A stretch of DNA of 55,401 nucleotides, counting the filler, from Basidiobolus ranarum (Eukaryota), in the NCBI GenBank assembly GCA_040143965.1. It is 4 parts of 4 records of this genome, joined end to end, with 100 filler letters (N's around TTAATTAATTAA, not from the genome) between each part and the next. Parts side by side here need not be neighbours in the genome. Positions count along the whole stretch, not along the records: positions 41,647 to 55,401 come from JASJQH010007338.1; 3 more parts are not named here. One strand, 5' to 3'. Within the stretch, counting starts at the first letter, position 1; each line of letters starts with the position of its first letter. The position numbers and the translations under genes are program-made. Positions 51,460 to 55,401 of this stretch are shown piece after piece. The notes beneath the pieces were generated by a model that saw only the letters and a program-made list of their open reading frames with translations, ran no database searches and had not been told where the DNA came from.

Positions 51460-53307
51460 CTATTGTTCAATAGCACTCTTTTGGGGAACAGGTGGATCTA
51501 TATTCTTTTGGGGAGCGGGTGGATTTAAGGGAAATGTTTGGAAGCCTAACAAGATCTCTTTGGCCTCCTCAAAGGTTGGAACTTTGTGAGTGATAGTTCC
51601 GCTTGCAATATCAAACACCTGACATATTGGTTCAGTCATAAACATTTTGGCAAAGTTACCAAATCTTTGTTTGAATAGGGTCCCGATTGATTGTTCTTTT
51701 CCATCCTCTGTCAAGTAGCTCTGAGCGGGCGGAGGAAGTTGTATCTGAATCCTAGCGGTGGATATAGGTCCGTTCTCTTTAAGTACACTGTAAATGGATA
51801 GTAGACGCTCAATAGCAACATTACGAAGGTACTCGTTCGAACTAGGATCAAGTGAAGTATCCAGAGTATTTTCCATGTGTTCTGGTGATCCCATTAAGCA
51901 AATCTTCATATTCCCCTTGGGCTTGACATCTTTCGCTTTTAAGGCAGCTTCTTTGGATTTGAAAGTCAGATAGGCGATGCCGGAGGATTTATTTTTGCAA
52001 GAAATCATAATCCTTTCTTGAATAATATCCTTCGTGTAGTCACCAAATACTTCATGAATGAGCTCCTTGGTGGCATGTCTACCCATATGTAATGGCATAT
52101 CTGATAAGAAAATCGTATTCGCAATGTAAGTGTTACGGGAGATCTTTTTGAATGTGATTGCCAACTGTTCAGGCGCCTTACGCTTGCGTCCATTTGCGGC
52201 TGGTGCATGTAGAGCGAGAGAGGCTTGGGCAACACTTACTGGTTCTGGCACTGATGCAGCTAATTCAATTACTTCCAAAGGTACTTCCTCGGTAATTTTA
52301 CCAGAAATTGGTACCTTTTCTTTAATATCTATGGGTGTTTCATTTTTGACTTGAACTGAAATCTTTTCCTCAACCATCTCTACATCTACATCAACTTCAG
52401 CCGCAGCCTTCATCTTAATATCATGTGATAAATCGTTTTGGATTCCTTCGATAAACGAAGCTCTCCTGGTTTTCCTTGCTGTGGATCTAGGTTGACGTTT
52501 AGGTGCTCCTTTTCTAGGTGTTGTGATATTTACCGACATCACATTCTTTGGTTTGATCGGGGAGGATTTGCCTTCGTTATTTGGTGCTGTATCTACTTGA
52601 GCAGTGTTGCTGGTCTTTAAAGAGGTTTCCTTATGAATGGTTGATGCTTTCTCTAAGTTTAGTTTTTCAATTCCTGTCAACGGAGCAGTTATGGAGCGAA
52701 TCTCAATAGAAGATTTGCGTGTAACTAATGGAGTTCTTCTACTACGGGTGTGTGTATCAGTTGATAGTCTAGTGCGAGTTGTGGATTGGGTGGGAGTTTC
52801 CTTGATTGAGGTTCTTGTAGGTCGAATATTGGGTTTGGCATCTTCAACATTTCCATCGAGATTTTTTGGAATGGATTGGAGGGTGGAACTAGGGACATTA
52901 GTGGTTCCCTTAGCCACCAGTGAGGTTCTTCTTGAACCAACCCCAGCTGTGCTTACAGAACGGGTGGAAGAATCTTTGGTTTCTTGAGAACCTAGAGAAG
53001 TCCTAGTGGTGCGAGAAAGTAGTTTTGGCTCAGTAGCAGTGATTCTTGTCGTGGTGGAAGTTCTTCTCTGAAGTGGTTGATGAGTCGTTGTGGAAAGTGA
53101 TTTGGTCTCTACCGTTGTTGAAGTAGTAATAGACCTACGAGTTCCCATAGAGGTTCGTCTCATCAGTCCCTGTGTGCCAACTGTGGAAACTCTGGTTCTA
53201 GAAGTGGAGAATTTCGATGGGACTTCAATGGGGTTTCCTTTCCTAGAAGCGCTGGTAGGAATACTATGGTCTTCTTGTGGATTAATACATGGTTTTTGTG
53301 AATGCAT
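51460..53307 (-). CDS. Protein with a long S/T/R-rich disordered N-terminus, one RRM and a small C-terminal helical domain
   Basis: 615-aa ORF with RNP2-like TIFLSDMP and RNP1-like SGIAYLTF. A short upstream exon (ATG near 53347, GTAAGT donor) may be the true start. Confidence 0.8.
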   Translation of the reverse strand: MHSQKPCINPQEDHSIPTSASRKGNPIEVPSKFSTSRTRVSTVGTQGLMRRTSMGTRRSITTSTTVETKSLSTTTHQPLQRRTSTTTRITATEPKLLSRTTRTSLGSQETKDSSTRSVSTAGVGSRRTSLVAKGTTNVPSSTLQSIPKNLDGNVEDAKPNIRPTRTSIKETPTQSTTRTRLSTDTHTRSRRTPLVTRKSSIEIRSITAPLTGIEKLNLEKASTIHKETSLKTSNTAQVDTAPNNEGKSSPIKPKNVMSVNITTPRKGAPKRQPRSTARKTRRASFIEGIQNDLSHDIKMKAAAEVDVDVEMVEEKISVQVKNETPIDIKEKVPISGKITEEVPLEVIELAASVPEPVSVAQASLALHAPAANGRKRKAPEQLAITFKKISRNTYIANTIFLSDMPLHMGRHATKELIHEVFGDYTKDIIQERIMISCKNKSSGIAYLTFKSKEAALKAKDVKPKGNMKICLMGSPEHMENTLDTSLDPSSNEYLRNVAIERLLSIYSVLKENGPISTARIQIQLPPPAQSYLTEDGKEQSIGTLFKQRFGNFAKMFMTEPICQVFDIASGTITHKVPTFEEAKEILLGFQTFPLNPPAPQKNIDPPVPQKSAIEQ

Positions 53308-53731
53308 AAATCGAAGATTTCACTTACCCTGGTTAGAGTTGGTCATTATTAAAGGACCTATACCTGAAAATGATCAGCCAGTGAACAATGAACCGGAAAG
53401 AATGAGTAGTAAGAATAAGCGCAATGCTTTATTGAAAAATATTCCATTTGACTTTACCAAAATCATTCGCTATGATTCGTTGTCGTAAATGAAATATAGC
53501 AAGTGATTGGTTCAATCGGTTAATTCAATGAGACTGTTATTTATGAATTTGAACTTGCTCGTATATTCATTTTTTTTCTTCTCTGTTGTTGTTTGAAATG
53601 CTTTTTTTCCTTCAATTTCTCGATCAAGGTTTATTTGCGTTTAAAATTAACTTTACAAGACTTCAATATATAATCAACTAAATATGTACGTTTTTGATGA
53701 TCCTTCTCTAGCAAGTGATTCAATGGGTCAT

Positions 53732-54765
53732 TTAAACAACAGGCCACTTGGCCTTAAGTTTGGGTGCTAAGCCTGCTCTCTCAGCAACCTCACGTGCATG
53801 CTTGTTCGCTTCAGCAATCACCTCAGCCTCATCCATACTCTTGAGCTCCCCACCCTCCACAACTATCTTGCCATCAACAACAACGGTGTCAACTTGACCA
53901 CCGGTGGCGGTGTAAACAAGGGTAGACACAGGGTTGAAGTCGGGGGTGGAGTTGAGTCGCTTCAGGTCTACCACCACAAGATCTGCCTTCTTGCCAACCT
54001 CCAATGATCCGATTTCATTCTCCAGTCCTAGTGCCTTGGCTCCATTGACGGTGGCCATCTCAAGGGCTGTCTCGGCTGGAACAATGACTGGATTGAGGGT
54101 TCGTGCTTTGTGGAGAATGGCTGCTAGATGCATCTCACGGATCATATCATAGGTGTTACTACAGGGTGCTCCGTCAGTACCCAAGCAGACATTGACCTCA
54201 TTATCTAGCAACTCTGGAACTTTGCAGATACCTGAGGCTAATTTGCAGTTGGATGTAGGATTGTGGGAAACATGAGTACCAGACTCATAGTAGCATAGGT
54301 TCCGACATTCATCACAATACCACCAAGACATGCACGAATACCACTTTCGATACAAGCCTTAGCAATACCATCGAATCCATAACGATGAGCTAACATAGCT
54401 TCAAGGAAAGTGGTTGTTCCAGACTTGAGCATCTCTGCAATAGTCAACCTGGCAGCAGCATAACCATCTTCATTGCTGAAGTTTCCTTGAAGTACCCAAA
54501 CTCGTTCACAAAGCCAGCCAATAAGTTCCATATCATCGGCGGCACCACGAAGCAATGATTGAGCTAGATGGACGTGAGTATTAATCAAACCAGGAATGAT
54601 CAACTTTCCCTCAACATCGATCACCTCTTCCTCAGGATAGCGGGATGTAAGGTCAGCTGCTTTGCCAATATCAGCGATACGATTACCGTCAGTACGAATA
54701 GCACCCTCGAGAATAATCTCTCGGTTGGCATTCATAGTGATGATTGTGGCGTTAGTGAAAAGCAT
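53732..54765 (-). pseudogene. Amidohydrolase (MTA/SAH deaminase-AtzA/TrzA-like) with internal deletion and frameshift
   Basis: IIPGLINTHVH (HxH) and AEMLKSGTTTF in one frame; HNPTSNCKLASG, LGTDG and IGSLEVGKKADL in another frame. The two halves abut at about 54290 with no intron, and the central HxxE segment is absent. Confidence 0.85.
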
Positions 54766-55272
54766 GATGGAAACGAAAAGGAATGTTGATCAACTTGAGA
54801 TGCGGGCCATTTTATACCTAACTCCTCACTTTCAAGCATGCTAATCGATTACGCTGATTGGTTATAAATATGGAGCACTGACCAATAAACTGTGATAAAT
54901 ACTTCCCATTGAACTTCATATGATTTCGGATAGAATACCAAACCAAGAATATAATTTTCTTGGGCCAACAAAAAGCAGTAAAAATTCACTTGCGATCTTA
55001 GTTTGAAAGATAATTTGATTTTATTGGTTGAAAGAACTGATTATCTACTACCTATTCCATTCGTCACATTACTAAATGATTATGAAATATTATATAACTC
55101 GGAGTGTGGGATATTCCCAAGTATAGTACTATTGTTTAGTTTAGTTGTTATTACAAGTAATAGTGCCACAAAAGTAGTGATAATTTTTATATTCCGAGTG
55201 GCAACCTAATCATAGATATATCAAAGTTAAAAGAAGTAAATTAACTTCATAGAAATTCACTGAGTTAGAGTC

Positions 55273-55401
55273 ATGCTCTTTATCAACGCCACTATTGTAA
55301 CCATGAACACCAAACGAGTGATTATTCTCGAGGGTGCTATTCGTACTGACGGTAATCGTATCGCTGATATTGGCAAAGCAGTCGACCTTACATCCCGCTA
55401 T
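55273..55401 (+). CDS. 5' end of a second amidohydrolase paralog (runs off the window)
   Basis: MLFINATIVTMNTKRVIILEGAIRTDGNRIADIGKAVDLTSRY is nearly identical to the N-terminus encoded at 54765 on the minus strand. Confidence 0.9.
   Translation, partial: MLFINATIVTMNTKRVIILEGAIRTDGNRIADIGKAVDLTSRY

Overview
Eukaryotic, intron-rich (short GT-AG introns), AT-rich fungal DNA. It is probably from an early-diverging fungus; a Basidiobolus-like origin is my inference and cannot be proven from the window. Four contigs are joined by three artificial N44-TTAATTAATTAA-N44 linkers, so gene order across 13.8, 27.7 and 41.6 kb is unreliable. Housekeeping genes: RPS26 (frameshifted), a short Xrn1-like exoribonuclease, a DnaJ protein, CCT3, a chitin synthase, the 3' half of an NRC-2/Fpk1-type AGC kinase, a 3xKH protein, RAD21, BTF3/EGD1, Mo25/HYM1, RPL24, a MATE transporter and GDI1. 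Accessory genes: a His-less group XII PLA2-like secreted protein, an intronless LRR-like protein, an IDR-RRM protein and a head-to-head pair of amidohydrolases (one internally deleted). A Ty5/Hemivirus-type copia family (about 340-bp LTR, half-tRNAiMet PBS) has left solo LTRs with TSDs, rearranged LTRs and a CpG-depleted nested repeat block at 37-44 kb. The most intriguing item is absent from the ORF track: a spliced 58-aa micro-gene (31500-31729, minus) whose product resembles the C-terminus of the centriolar protein Moonraker/KIAA0753.
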